A stretch of DNA of 64,000 nucleotides from Balanoglossus misakiensis (Eukaryota > Animalia > Hemichordata), in contig CM082586.2 of assembly GCA_040954595.2 (NCBI GenBank), positions 401,123-465,122 of the forward strand. The letters are read 5' to 3'. Under the pieces are notes generated by a model. It was not told the DNA's origin, did not search any database, and saw only the letters and a program-made list of their open reading frames with translations. Numbering within the stretch: the stretch's first letter is position 1; each line of letters begins with the position of its first letter. Position numbers and translations under genes: made by a program. Shown here piece after piece: positions 43,201 through 56,256 of the stretch.

Positions 43201-44542
43201 AATATCTGCTCAATGATCTATTTGTCTGTCTGTTTCCAGGTATCGTCAATGCTTACTACGGAGCTTCGTGGAAAGAACACCGAACCTTCACACTGAGCGT
43301 GTTGCGACGTTTCGGAATGCGACAATCAATTGTCGAGGCCAGGGTGTTGGAAGAAACATATCATTTGAATCGTGAGATTGAGAAACTGCAGGGAGAGAGC
43401 TTCGATCCCACCCACTTCATGACGAACGCGATCGCAAACATCATTTCTTCAATAACCTTTGGCAAACGTTTCGATTATCACGATCCGTTCTTTCGCCGTC
43501 TCCTCTATTTGTGCAACAGAAATTTCGAACTGGCCGGAAGTGTTGCCATTTCAAACTTCTTTCCAATTTTGCAGTATTTGCCCATTGGCCCCATGAAAGA
43601 GATAGTCGACAACTTCGAAATTTACAGAAATTTCCTGAACGACAAAATCGAAGAGCACCGACGGAATTTTGACCCAAACGACGTGCATGACGTCATATCG
43701 GCCTATCTCCTGGAAATGGAAGCAAGAAAGGGGAAAGAAGGCTCTAGTTTTGATGACGCCAATCTCTTTGCTGTTGTCAGCGATCTTTTCGCGGCTGGCA
43801 CTGAGACAGCATCGACCACTCTCCGCTGGGCCCTTCTGTATCTGGCGGTCTTCGAAGACGTGCAGACGAAAGTCCAAGAAGAACTCGAGAAAGTGGTCGG
43901 TCGCTGTACAATGCCATCGCTCTCCGACAGACGGAATTTACCCTACACTGAAGCAGTTTGTCTGGAAATTCAGAGAATGGCGAGCATAGTGCCAATCTGC
44001 CTCCCCCATTCAACAATAGCCGACACCGAGATCACAGGCTATCACATTCCTAAGGATACAGTTCTCATTGTCAATCTGTGGTCAGCTTTGAACGACCCCC
44101 AGACCTGGAAAGATCCGGACAAATTTGATCCCAGCCGTTTCCTTGACGACGAAGGAAAGGTGAGGAGGTACGAAGAATTGATACCGTTCAGCGTGGGTAA
44201 GTGCAGCTCTAAAGTTGTGTCCACAGTCGGTAATTATGTTCGTAAGCTCTATTCACTTGTTTGAGATGCAGGGCGTTATCTATACTTAAAATAATATCTT
44301 CTTCATTGAAAATTGTGGTTGTTTTGTTTTTACCAACAGGACGAAGAGTTTGTCTGGGAGAGCAGCTGGCCAAGACCGAGATCTTCCTAATCTTAACTCA
44401 ATTTCTTCACGAATTCCGCGTGTCTCTTCCCGAAGATTCTCCGACGCCTTCATTGAAACCCATCGCCGGAATCACACTCTCTCCTCAAGTGTATAATATC
44501 CGCGCCAATAAGAGGTCGACGGGCCAATGCCATTCCTTGTAA
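40268..44542 (+). CDS. Cytochrome P450, CYP2 clan, gene A; 3 exons, ~502 aa
   Basis: Exons 40268-40616, 43240-44196 and 44340-44542 join in frame. Motifs: N-terminal TM anchor, PPGPWGWPIVG, WKEHR, I-helix DLFAAGTETAST, EIQR, FDPSRF, heme motif FSVGRRVCLG. Confidence 0.95.
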
Positions 44543-45445
44543 TTATAAAATACTAGCAGTAAACTTTTGTCATGTACACTTGCTGCAACCTGACAACCTA
44601 CAATTGTGGTTAAAAGTCGACAACTAACTGTAAAAATTGATAGAAGAAATTATAAGTTGACTGTATTTCATGACTTCATTTGGTCATCAATTTCTGTCTT
44701 TGTAGTTAGCATAATGAACTCATATGAACTTATATTTCCATATTGGCAAACACCTATTTAACAAAGGATACGCCAAGCAGAATTTAAATGTGAAAATTAA
44801 TTGCAAACGCACAAGAAAATTTGTTGAAATGGCCAGTCATAGACACAGGTTTTCGATAAGTCCATGCATGGAGGAACTAAGTACCTCCAACGCCCATGGT
44901 ATACTGCGGACTTTGAATCCTTCGGTAGATACATATTGTATCAACAAGGGAATTTTCTGTTAATGTACAAAAACTGTGATAAGCCATTAAAGTTTATCCA
45001 CAATCTTTGAGTGTGTATTTAGACATTAATATGTACACCACTATTCTGTAATACATTAAACCATCAATTATATTAATAAATCGTTATGGTGATGGCTGGG
45101 TCATCTTGGGTTAAATTTTATCTGGGGTATAAGGTCTGCGATTTAGCGCTCAACTGCAGACAACCTTGATTTTTCGTCAACGTTTCAATTGAACTAAACT
45201 GACAGATGGCCATGTCCTCTCAGCTCTCAAATGTGTAAATAAATGTTCATTAACGCATGGACGAAAAATATGGTTATTCGTTGATTTACATTATCTTTTG
45301 ACCGGATTTTTATTTAAACGTTGACCGGTCGTAACTATGGTGACCAACGGATGACATTCGCACCTTTGAACACGTGGTTGAAACTAGGTTGCCTGTCTAC
45401 GGCCACTGTACTCAGTGGTTGCATTTGATAAGTTACAGAGTCGCC

Positions 45446-47700
45446 ATGCTGCTTTACCAGATCTGTGGGCTCGTCGATCCCACCACAGTTTTTCTAGCTC
45501 TGGTGGTGTTTGTTCTGGTGAAGATCTACATGAACCGCCGCCACAGGATCGAGCTACCGCCGGGACCTTTGGGCATACCGATCGTGGGAAGCCTCCCGTT
45601 TATCGTAGGCCACAAGGGAGGGGCACACCGGGCTATGGTGGAAATGGCGGAGAAATACGGAAACGTTTTCAGTGTTTACTTTGGTTCCAAGCTGATCGTG
45701 GTACTGAACGGCTATGAAGCTGTCAAAGAGGCGTTGTCCAATCGGTCAGACGTATTCAGTGACCGACCTAATTTAATTGTGGTTGAACTCCTCTCGAAGG
45801 GCAAGGGTAAGTTCACATATTTTGGGATCTACTCATAAATGAAATATCACGCTTGACTTATTAATGTGAATAGTTGCGGTCAAACAGACTGCAAACTTCT
45901 GTTTCGACTCTGTGGATGTTGAACAATGGGGAAGAGATCCAAGGCCAAAAAAAGCATTGTGATATCGATTATGTAAACTTATTGTAGCGTCTTTTGTAAT
46001 GGCTGGTCGCGGATTCTGTCGTACCGGATTTATTTGTGCTTCTGTGGAAAACGTGAACTATAAATTTTCTGTCGAATTCCTCTCAAAACCAATGAAACAT
46101 TTTTCCACGGGTCATCATTTTCGCGCTATTAGAGACGTCTCTTACTTGGAGTAGAACACACACCGTTCCATTGTTGTTTACTTTCTATTGTGCATTTTTT
46201 TTCACAACTCCATCGCAGTAACATGATATTGTTCCGCGGGTTCTTTACAGTTGCAATGTGTGTTCGTACAGGTGGGTTCCTTCACAAATCGATTTGTTGA
46301 TTCAAAATTGAAAATAATATAAAATCACTTTGGATTGTTTTATATCCAGGAATAGCTGAGGCAAACGGGGAATATTGGAGAGAACAACGTCGTTTCTTTC
46401 TTAAGTCCTTTCGCAACTTGGAACTCGGAAAATCTTCAAGGCTCGAGTATCGCATTTCGGAGGAATGTCGCCATCTCGTCAGTGGCATCGCGGCGCTAGG
46501 GGACGCTCCTTTCGACCCGACCAATCTCATTCTGAATGCAACCTCGAATGTTATATGTTTTGTCGTCTTCGGTAAACGATTCGAATATTCGGATGAACAA
46601 TTTCGAAGCCTGTTGAAGATGCTGCATGAGTTGATGCAGAGCGTTGGAAACGCCGCTGCTATTCATTTCATACCGGCCTTGAAGTTTTGCATGAGGGGAA
46701 CTTTTAGAGACATCGAAAATAAACGAGATAGAGTCTTTGATTTTGAGAGGACACAGATTAAAGAACACGAGGAAACACTGGACCCAAATAATCCTAGAGA
46801 TTTTGTCGACGCCTATCTGATCGAAAAGCGGAAGAGAAAAGTAATTGGCAAAGAGTGTTCGTTCGTTGATGATGACTACATGGTAGTTACTTTGGCGGAT
46901 CTTTTTACAGCAGGGACTGAGACAACCTCTACAACGCTAAAATGGGCTCTCTTATATCTGTGTCTTCACACAGACGTTCAACAGAAAGCGCATGAAGAGA
47001 TTGATAGAGTGATTGGTTCGAATCGATGTCCGGAGATGGCCGATCAGGCCAATTTACCCTACGTGCACGCTTTAATTTACGAGGTACAGCGTATCAGTTC
47101 GGTCTTCCCGTTCAGTGTGCCGCACTGTGCATCTGCTGATGCCAAGTTGTTCGGCTACACGATTCCGAAAGGAACCGAAGTTCTCCCAAACCTATGGTCT
47201 GTTCACCATGATCCCAGTGCTTGGAAGGACCCCGAAAAGTTCATGCCAGAACGATTCTTGGATGAAACCTTTGAAAATATCGTTAAACCAGAAAACTACA
47301 TTCCATTTGGTATTGGTAAGAATACTGTTGTTATTGTTGTTGTTGTTGATGTTTTTACATGCGTCCGTTTTCATTGATCACCTTGATAAGGTGATAATTA
47401 AATTAGGCTGGTGGACATGCTAATGGGTCAAATCACAGAATAACGATTTGCAAAGAAAATGGGGCTATGACGTCTCTGTAATTATTTTATCTTTCTTTAT
47501 ATCTACCAGGTCCACGCGCCTGTCTTGGAGAACAGCTTGGAAAAATGGAACTGTTTCTTTTTCTGAGCAATATGCTACAGAATTTCCGCTTTGAGCTAGA
47601 AGATAACAAAATCGCGGACACTAAGATAACTACTCCGATCGAGGGACTGACTTTAACTCCTCAACCGTACAAACTACGTGCAATCAGACGTGTGTTTTAA
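45446..47700 (+). CDS. Cytochrome P450, CYP2 clan, gene B; 3 exons, ~505 aa
   Basis: Exons 45446-45806, 46350-47315 and 47510-47700 join in frame. Motifs: PPGPLGIPIVG, WREQR, DLFTAGTETTST, EVQR, FMPERF, heme motif FGIGPRACLG. Confidence 0.95.
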
Positions 47701-48065
47701 CATAATATCATTTTATATTATTTCGGTAAATTCAACGCTTTAAATCAGGAATTACGTGTATTTATACAGGTAGCACAATGTTCATTTATTTTCAATTTTT
47801 TTCTTCAAATCTTGCTGATTAATTTGGTGAAAATGCGATGGAACCACGGAAGCGAAATGAATTATAAAATGAGTTTTATATACCAATAAATAGTTACCTA
47901 TATTTAAATAGTTGAAGAAATATGATATAAAACTGTACCGGTACGACACTCCAGAAAATAAATGGTTAAAATTATAAAACATGCATCAAAATTACCGGTG
48001 TTGTTTTAAGACCAATGGTTCACAAAGCAGGATTATTTGCTCAGGCTGCATTTGTGAATCGCACT

Positions 48066-48173
48066 ACCGAGAACAAAATTCTGCTGTGGTTATATTTATA
48101 GAAAACTTATTTGTGGAATCTTCACGACCGAGAACAAAATTGTCCTGTGGTTATATTTATAGAAAACTTATTT
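48066..48173. repeat. 61-bp-period direct tandem duplication
   Basis: accgagaacaaaatt(ctg/gtc)ctgtggttatatttatagaaaacttattt occurs at 48066 and 48127. Confidence 0.85.
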
Positions 48174-49378
48174 CTAGCCAAACACCGATCCCGGGAGACT
48201 ATGGCATGCTACAGACAATTAGCATGGTTATTCAACAATTCCAGAAGGTTCTAATTCACATGCAAATTTCATTTCTAAAATTAAACTGCTTGTAGTGAAG
48301 TTTCCGTTGAACTGTTTAACATTCGGGAATTGTCTACTTGACTGAGCAATAACCTTTACCATCAGAGAATGACAACACAAGTTCTAGAAATCTCTGCGTA
48401 AAAGAGCAAAAAGAAACCATCAACTCACCTCGGGAACGGTCACTTCGAGAAGATACGTCTCCGCGAAAACGAACAACTTTAGATTTTCCACAATTGACAG
48501 CTAGTATCCAATTCCAGCGACTATTCATTCACAACTTCACACATCAAATCCATTATTAGAAATGAGACCAATGTCAGCGAAAAATTCGACAATTTATCAC
48601 CAAGTACGTGCAGTGGTGACAGATTCATGCCGCGTGGTCAGGTTTGGCAATCTTTTCTGGCCGATCAAAGCGAAGTTTCCCTTATGTTAATTAGCGTGAT
48701 GGAAAAACTGGGTTGTGGCAATACTGGTCTCTGATTGGTGGAAGGAGCCTGGCCATGTGATAAAGCCAAATTTCCATTGTCACTATACACGATGACCATT
48801 TCATCAATGCCATTTGTAAGGTTGACGATTTGCATACCATTTTGGCCACCTGGTATACGTTTTATTTAACGAGGTCGATTAAACGAGCAATTTCTATGGT
48901 AAATCTTTCCTTCAGTGCTTTCGTCTTGTATTGGAAAAAATAAGTTGATCTGTAGGAATATAATTCTTAAAATCGCTTTCGAACAACAGGTTTGGCGAGC
49001 TGAAATTGTATTTTTTTTTCAAGATGGCTGACAAACACAGTCCAAACCAGATGCGATTTCAATATGGTCGTGCCCTCGGACTTTTATGTGTTCACAAAGC
49101 AACACACTCCCTCCAATTCATGACATTTGAAACCAAGACAAAAGATGTGTTTCATGCTACAGATAAAGGATTTAATCACTAGCCTTACTGATGAAAGAAT
49201 TATAATTTTAGTTTGGTGAACATTTTGAAAGTTAACATGACACAGAAAAGGAAATTGGTACACAACTCCAAAATATCACTCTAAACATACATGCATCATA
49301 GAGAAATTGAATTTTGTCAGAAATTCATATTCATCATAACACTGTTCTAATAAATAATTCGAAACAGTTTTTTGATGT

Positions 49379-50350
49379 TTATCCCCGGCCGGAGGTGCCA
49401 ATCTGGGTCAGAGGTCGCATACTGGATGGAGTGTAATTCCTACAGTAGGATGAGTAAGCATCGTTGTCACCAGTAAATCGGCAAAATGTTATCATGTTGT
49501 TGTCTGTGATTTCCAGAGGTGAATTCCAGTAGATGCCATCCAGTTCAGGGATACACTCCTAAAACAAATGAAACCATCGCATTAACGGAGTACACTTCTT
49601 GGAACTGATTTTCAAATTTGAGACGATTTTGCTCCCTCAACAAGATTTGACAAGTTGTTTCTCTTACAGTAGAATGTTTTTGTTAAATCAAAGTTTGTTC
49701 TCATAAGTGCTTTCCAGGAAACACTCGCTGTAACTTACCATGATTGTACATGATTCTGTCATGACTCCTAGATTTGATGGATAAAAGTTGACAATGCATT
49801 CATAACATCGAGCGATTTCATCAGCCGGGAATATCTTCTGGCCCTGTAAGATGAGAAGAGAGAATTTTAAACTTTACAGCATTCTTTGAAATGGCTGTTT
49901 GATCAAACTTTTACTAATCAAATTGTCCTCTATATAGAGGTGACCACTATATAGATGAGGCCACTAACACAGGTTTGCTTACAACAAACACTGTCATATC
50001 ATCATGGATTAGGACTTATAAACACTCACATAATCGTCCACATTCAGAGAATCCAATTGACTAGAAGCGATGGAAAATGATATGAAACCACCATCACCAA
50101 ATTCTCTGCCTGCTTGGAAGAATTTTTCAGATCGAAGTGGAGTAACGCCGTTGAGTTCTGATGGTAAGTCTTCAATATCGTCAAAACAAGGAACTGAATC
50201 ATCCAGTAAGATTCTGTTTTTCACTGCATTTCCATAGACTTGAGTCAAACCAAAGCCACATCTGTTAACTTTGGGTTTAGGAGCGTGCCCAGAGAACGCT
50301 GCATTGCCTACAGCCACCAAAACAGCCAGGAGTGCAAGAGAGAGTTTCAT
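49379..50350 (-). CDS. Uncharacterised secreted Cys-containing protein, 3 coding exons, ~201 aa
   Basis: Exons 50350-50030, 49843-49739 and 49558-49379 are all phase 0, with donors gtgagt/gtaagt and pyrimidine-rich acceptors, and have no internal stops. Signal peptide MKLSLALLAVLVAVGNA. A likely 5' UTR intron spans ~50376-50642. Confidence 0.8.
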
Positions 50351-50650
50351 CTTTCTGCTTTTGGTTTGAATAATTCTGTGGGGATTAAATTAATATCTTG
50401 TAATCAGCCGAGTGAGAAGTATAAATGAATGCACAATGAACATAAAAATTCAATAAGAAATACATTTATATGAAGTCACACAAAACCAAGTATTATGTTC
50501 CTGTGAAGTCTATGAAACATGATTTTGATTCAAAATACTGACAGTAATCATGTCGATGCTTATACAGATTCTTCTCCGTTCATATTTCTAACACTATTCA
50601 TTATTTACAATCATCTGTAGCAACTGATAATTTGATACTTACAAGCTTCA

Positions 50651-50925
50651 GTCTGGAGTGTACTACTCGTCCACCAAGAGTCGAATCATCAAAGCAACGA
50701 GTGAGTGCAGTATTTAAATGGTAGCTATGTCTAAATGTGCTGGTATTAATTAAATCTTCTTGAGATTGAAAGCAAACTTTTGTGAGTCCGGAGTGTCCTA
50801 CACGTACATTAACAGTCGAATAATCAAAGCAAAAATAAGTGCAGTATTTAAATGGTAGCTATGTCTAAATCTGAAAATTATGCTGGTAATTTTCTTGAGA
50901 TTAAAAGCAAACTTTTGCGGGTCTG
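50651..50925 (-). repeat. ~135-bp tandem duplication covering the putative core promoter and non-coding first exon of the secreted-protein gene
   Basis: Two diverged copies at 50651-50785 and 50786-50920 share gtcgaat.atcaaagcaa, agtgcagtatttaaatggtagctatgtctaaat and ttcttgagatt.aaagcaaactttt. Confidence 0.8.
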
Positions 50926-51412
50926 GGGTTTATTTCTATTTCAAGTCATCAGATTTGATTAAAATTGCGGTAAAAATAAAGTAGCAGGAAGATCATTAAT
51001 TCTTAAAATAGATTTTGAACAAGGTTTGAAGAGCAGAGATTGTTCCCTTCAGCTCACTGACGAATTACAACTTATCTGAAATAATGCATTATATTTCAAT
51101 GAAGAACACATCAGCAACTAAAGATATAGGGAACACTGCAACACACAACTTTTGTAGTAATTAGCACTGTTAATGTTGAAACTGGAGTTGATACATCGGA
51201 GAAAAATACTGAAAATGAATGTCCTTTAATCCAAAAAATGTCTGTATAACACGCCAATTTACATCAGTGATGTTAAGAATGCATTTTTCATTGACACGAA
51301 TACTTAATGTTAAGTCTTATAAAACAAGTTCTGAGAAGTCATTGTCAAATGATAATGAGAGTGAAAACATCATCAAGTGCTCTTGACAATGAGGAAATAA
51401 TTTAGACAGATT

Positions 51413-54400
51413 TCAAAATTTTGGCAGACAGCTGATGAGAACATCCCGGAGTTTCTTCCGTAAGATTTCATTCCCTTCACAAAAGATATGTGTTGAACAT
51501 GATTCAATCTGGATAATTGTGTCTTCTGATTGCTGTGGGAGGGAAAAACAGCAAGTTGAAACTCAAGATCATGACGAGTACATTCTTGGAAAACCCTGAC
51601 AAGATGAGGGTAACTCCAGAACGTGATTTAGCAATCTGTGATTCAGCAAACTTTTCAGAGCAAAATTACCCACACCATCAATGTAGATATATGCTAAATG
51701 TGGACCTACAATGCTGAATATGACCTATAAGATGAACTTTCACATACCAGATGAATTATGTGACCTCCAGCAGTGTGTTCAACTTTGACGTCTGTGATTC
51801 CATTCTGAAAAGAAGACCATATTAAAGATAGACACTTACAGTGCTGAAGCTCAGCATGAAATAGACGCGGACAGCGTCCTCACCATCTGTAAGACAGTCC
51901 CTTTTGTCTTTCATACATGGCTTCATGCCCAGAAACATTAGTTAAACCTACCTTGGCCAAGTTTTGTATAAATTCTTCTATGTCTAAGTTACCATAGAGA
52001 TAATGTTTTGGTTGCTTGGTTACTATCTCCTCTTCTCTTTTCCTCTTCTTTCCAGGAGCAGCAGAATGCATCTTGGGAAGAGGCTGATGATGTGAGAGAG
52101 TGTACATATCAATCAAACAGAAACACAACAAACAAATGGTGCACACAGCTGAGGAGAAGATGCTTTTAAAAAACAAAAATCAAATCATTCTATCATGCTT
52201 TCAGTTTCACCAGAAATGTTACAATCTTGACTCAAAGTTGATACTTTGGCCAGATCAGGATGACCACCAACCTGAAGAATGTATTTGTTATCTTTAACTG
52301 TCAAAGCTCCTGTGATCGTTGACACAAACATACCCGACGAGACTTCAGTTGGTTCAAGAGTTGAGGCAAGCTGCAACAAAAATTAGGAGAATGACAATGA
52401 CATTATCAACCAGTAAATTTTTTCAAGTTTATAAGTCACTTCACACACCACTGACTCACTCTCAGTTAGTTTTGTTTACCTCAGGAGTGATTTCAATCTT
52501 CTCATACCGCCTTCTGATTGGTAGAGGCAACACTTCTGCCCTCCTATAGGGTGTTGGTGGGGGATCCTAATACAAATATGTAAAGTCATGCTAAGTCAAT
52601 CAATAACAACAAAACAAGGAAGTGAAATTGTCAATGTATGTAATGAAAAACCTACTCACAGTTTCAACAACCAAGTCATTCCTATGTGGAAGCAGTGTTG
52701 GTGATGTTGTATAGCTTTCTGGTATCACAACATGAAGCGGCTGTAAGAAAAAAAATTATTGGCAACATATTTTACTTCATTAGTTGATTTTTTAATGTAC
52801 TCAACAAAGAGACAGAAAGTACAATTGTTTAGGTCACCCAAAATATTGTCATGTACTTACTTTAAGATCTTTGATAAGTTTATTGGCTTGAGCAAAATTC
52901 ATTGTTGGATTTATAGGACAGTAACATGCTTTCATGGCTAATGGTTGATACGGTGCTAATGCATCCAGATAGTTAACAGACGGTTCTGTGGAAGAAATCA
53001 GGAAAACAAATGTCAGCATTCATTCATTTGAAGCACTCATTTATCAGGAAGTTTTTGAAGGCAGTTTTGTTAAACATACCTGTAAATATGATTGTATTAG
53101 CATTGGATTTCCCCCAGAGTTCCATGAAGTGTACAGCATCTCCAAATCTCAAAGATGGATGACTTGTGAATACCACGCATGGAGTTTTGAACTGATTACT
53201 GAATTCGCCTGACACAGAGAAAAAGAGACAGAAACATTTATCAATTGTTGAAATTCACATTCAAGTTATGGACTCTCGTTCCTACTTCGGATCCCTGCAG
53301 TACGACGATATATTTTCGTCAAATTATTACTTTAATACAAATCACATTCACATACCATGGATAGATGGGAAGTGTTTCAGTCTTCCATTCTTGACCAATT
53401 CACTGTGTGGAAATGGTGGTTCTGGTAGGTACACCTTGGACTGCTTTGACACACACAACCTACAAAAAATGATGATAACATGTCAGCGGTTATTACCTGA
53501 TGTCCTTTTATATATTTCACTGTTATTTCAGTTTCACACAAAGCACAGTTGAAATTCATATCTGCATCAGAGCGTTAGACTTATGAAAGGTTGTATCATA
53601 CACAAGTTCGAGATGAGACAATGGCTGTGATTGGCCACTTACCATTCAGCAAATATCTGTGAATATGCTAATGAGCTATCAGCCACAGGTGAAATGAAGA
53701 ACATGGGAATTTGTGTGAGACCAGCACTGTCCATGAAAGCTGATAAACACTCAAATAAATCATAGATCACACCAGAGGGACAACATGGAACCAGAACATT
53801 ACCGCCATTTTTTATCGTGACAGCTGAAAATAGAGAATAAAATGTTTATTGCACTTTCAACAATTGGCTGGAGAACGTCTTGTATAACTGCAACCATACA
53901 AATTTCAAAAAATGAAAAGAAAACTGGTGATGTCATAAGAAACTAACCTAAATTGCTGCAGAATTCTCCCAGCATACTGTCAGGGTTGTAAGTAGGTGTC
54001 TGGTTCAAACCAGTCAAAACTAAAACATCACTGTTCTTCATGGGGGCTGTATCCATTGGCAACGGATGTGTGGTTAGTAAGGATGACCCTGAGATGTAGG
54101 TCACCTGTCAAAGGTCATGGGAGAAAATGTTGTGAAATTAACATTGCAGTCAAATGCTGTGTACAACAGAAAATTTGCCTCATTCCCCTCCCCCTTGACG
54201 TCCTCTAATAGTCAATAGTTGACTCACCTTTTCATACTCAGACTGTATAACCCAGTTACAACTACCAATGCAATAGCCTGAACTGAGAGGAATCATGGTT
54301 AATGCACCGTACAGGTTCTACAGAGAAACAGAAACAGTTCACATTACAACCAATCAAACTGTCTGTAACAAGCTTGTCAATTTCACTGCACAACCAGCAA

Positions 54401-55985
54401 ATCAGACTGGATGATACAAAAACCCAAATGCCTCTACAAATCAAGGCATGCCATTGATGCAAATTCACCAGTTTCTCTACGTATTCAACCAATCAGACTG
54501 GCCGATAAAACTCACCAGTTTCTCTGCATACCCAGCCAATCGAACTTTTGACAGAGCGGAACTGACATCATGTTTACTGTAGCATTTTCTCCATGATGAT
54601 ACATGTTGTGCTTCTCGTAATGGTGATGGTAGACTTTTAATGATATCCGGCTGTTTCCATTTTGTTGCAGGTTGTAATTTTGGAACTCTCTCCGTATATT
54701 CTACCAATTCTTCCATTAATTGCCTGGGAAACAAATGGAAAAGCTACATAAAAGTGCACACATACGATTCACAAGTGTCAACAAGAGCTGTACACAAAGT
54801 GTGTTGACTGTATAAAAGCGCTTTGATATTAGAGATTACAAGAGAAATCAAAGAAACAAAACAAACTCTTACTTTCCAGTTTGCAGAGTTGGTTCTGTGG
54901 CATAAATTACTCCTCGGAATCCTGTGTACTGCAGAAGAAGAAAGAAACATCGGAGGTTTCAGATTTGTTGGAAATGTCGCTGTCCTCAAATGAATCATCA
55001 GATGCTGAATGTTTTGAAGTAGCATAAAAGAGACATTTAGGGCACTTGTATACTTCGACTCCACTGAATGTTTTCTCATGTATCAGCCATTGAGTTCACT
55101 CACCTCTGTGATAAATGGCAGTGCAAGCATTGTGTGATAGTTGGATATTAGGATCACATCAACAGTGGACAGATCCAATACACCTGTCTACAAGTTTCAA
55201 CAAAAACAAGAAAACAATTTTAAGACAATTGAATGGGAATCCTTCACCTCAAAGGTAAGTGTGGATGATGCACTTTTTGTCTTGTGATTGTTTGGACAAA
55301 TTGATGACTCACCTCTGGAATACAAAACTCTAAACTGCTATCAACAAACACATGGCCACCACAATCCTTCAGCTCCTGTTTCAAAAAGAAAATAAATGCC
55401 ACCTTACACAATGTAATCACCAAATAAGGAACAATGCAGACACTACACACTTGCTGTAACAAGCTTGATTTCTGAACATGTATTCCTTGAAACATCAACA
55501 CTAACCCAACCAACTGGTGACTCCTTGTCTTCATGAGGGCGCCATACTGGTAACCTTGACAACCGCTCACTGTAAAGGATGGAACAAAGTCAAATTCTTT
55601 ATGGAAGTTTATAACCAGTTATAACAATCTTTTTGTAAATCAAAGAAGTAGTACAGTCTCTGTAAAACAAGTGTCTAGAAAAAGGCTAACAATGCTCACC
55701 TGTGAACTACTGGCAGTGGTAAGAAATGCATCAATGAAGACATGTCTAAAGCACAGTCCAACATAACTGTGCAATCTTTGAATGTTAACACCAAACATGG
55801 TGAATTAGGGTGTGCTGACAGCGAATACTGCAAGTTAAAAACAACTCATTATCACTTTATGTCATTATTTATATTACTGTGACTCTCAGACTAGTACTAT
55901 ATTGACATCATACAGGTATGTGTGTTGGCGGCATTACATGGCCTCCAATTTTTCTTCTTAAATTAGCAATACTTACCAATTTCAT
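51413..55985 (-). CDS. INTS9: Integrator complex subunit 9 (beta-CASP/MBL fold), ~19 exons
   Basis: The first micro-exon encodes MKL (55985-55977), followed by [29 protein letters not shown] (55827-55700). Later exons encode [59 protein letters not shown] and [12 protein letters not shown]. The last exon ends CLPKF-stop (51415-51413). These match my recollection of metazoan INTS9. Confidence 0.95.
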
Positions 55986-56127
55986 CTCTTAACTATTATT
56001 TTGCCATAAAAACACTAGCTCGCAACCTCTGACCTTTGCCCCAAGTTTATTTGTTCGTATATTCTATTCTAAAAGACAGGTCAACAAAGGTCAACAAGAA
56101 GTAGTATGCGCATGTGCGGAGTTTCCA

Positions 56128-56146
56128 CCAATCAGGTACAGCCACG
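56128..56146 (+). promoter_or_regulatory. ER stress response element (ERSE, CCAAT-N9-CCACG) in the INTS9/PDIA6 divergent promoter
   Basis: CCAAT caggtacag CCACG is an exact consensus with 9-nt spacing, about 110 bp upstream of the PDIA6 ATG. It is flanked by an NRF1-like tgcgcatgtgcg (~56107) and a YY1-like gccatctt (56151). Confidence 0.8.
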
Positions 56147-56256
56147 GTAGGCCATCTTTAACCCCAGCTGAATGTACACGCTGGCTCAGCTGGAAACGAA
56201 CTAGTTGATCGGAAAATCCAGCGTGTTGAACTTGCGTGCCCTCAGGATCAGCCAAC

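Noticed and set aside
49925-49978. Small palindrome cctctatatagagg and a possible DNA-transposon remnant in an intron
   Set aside because: Too short, with no second end or second copy in the window.
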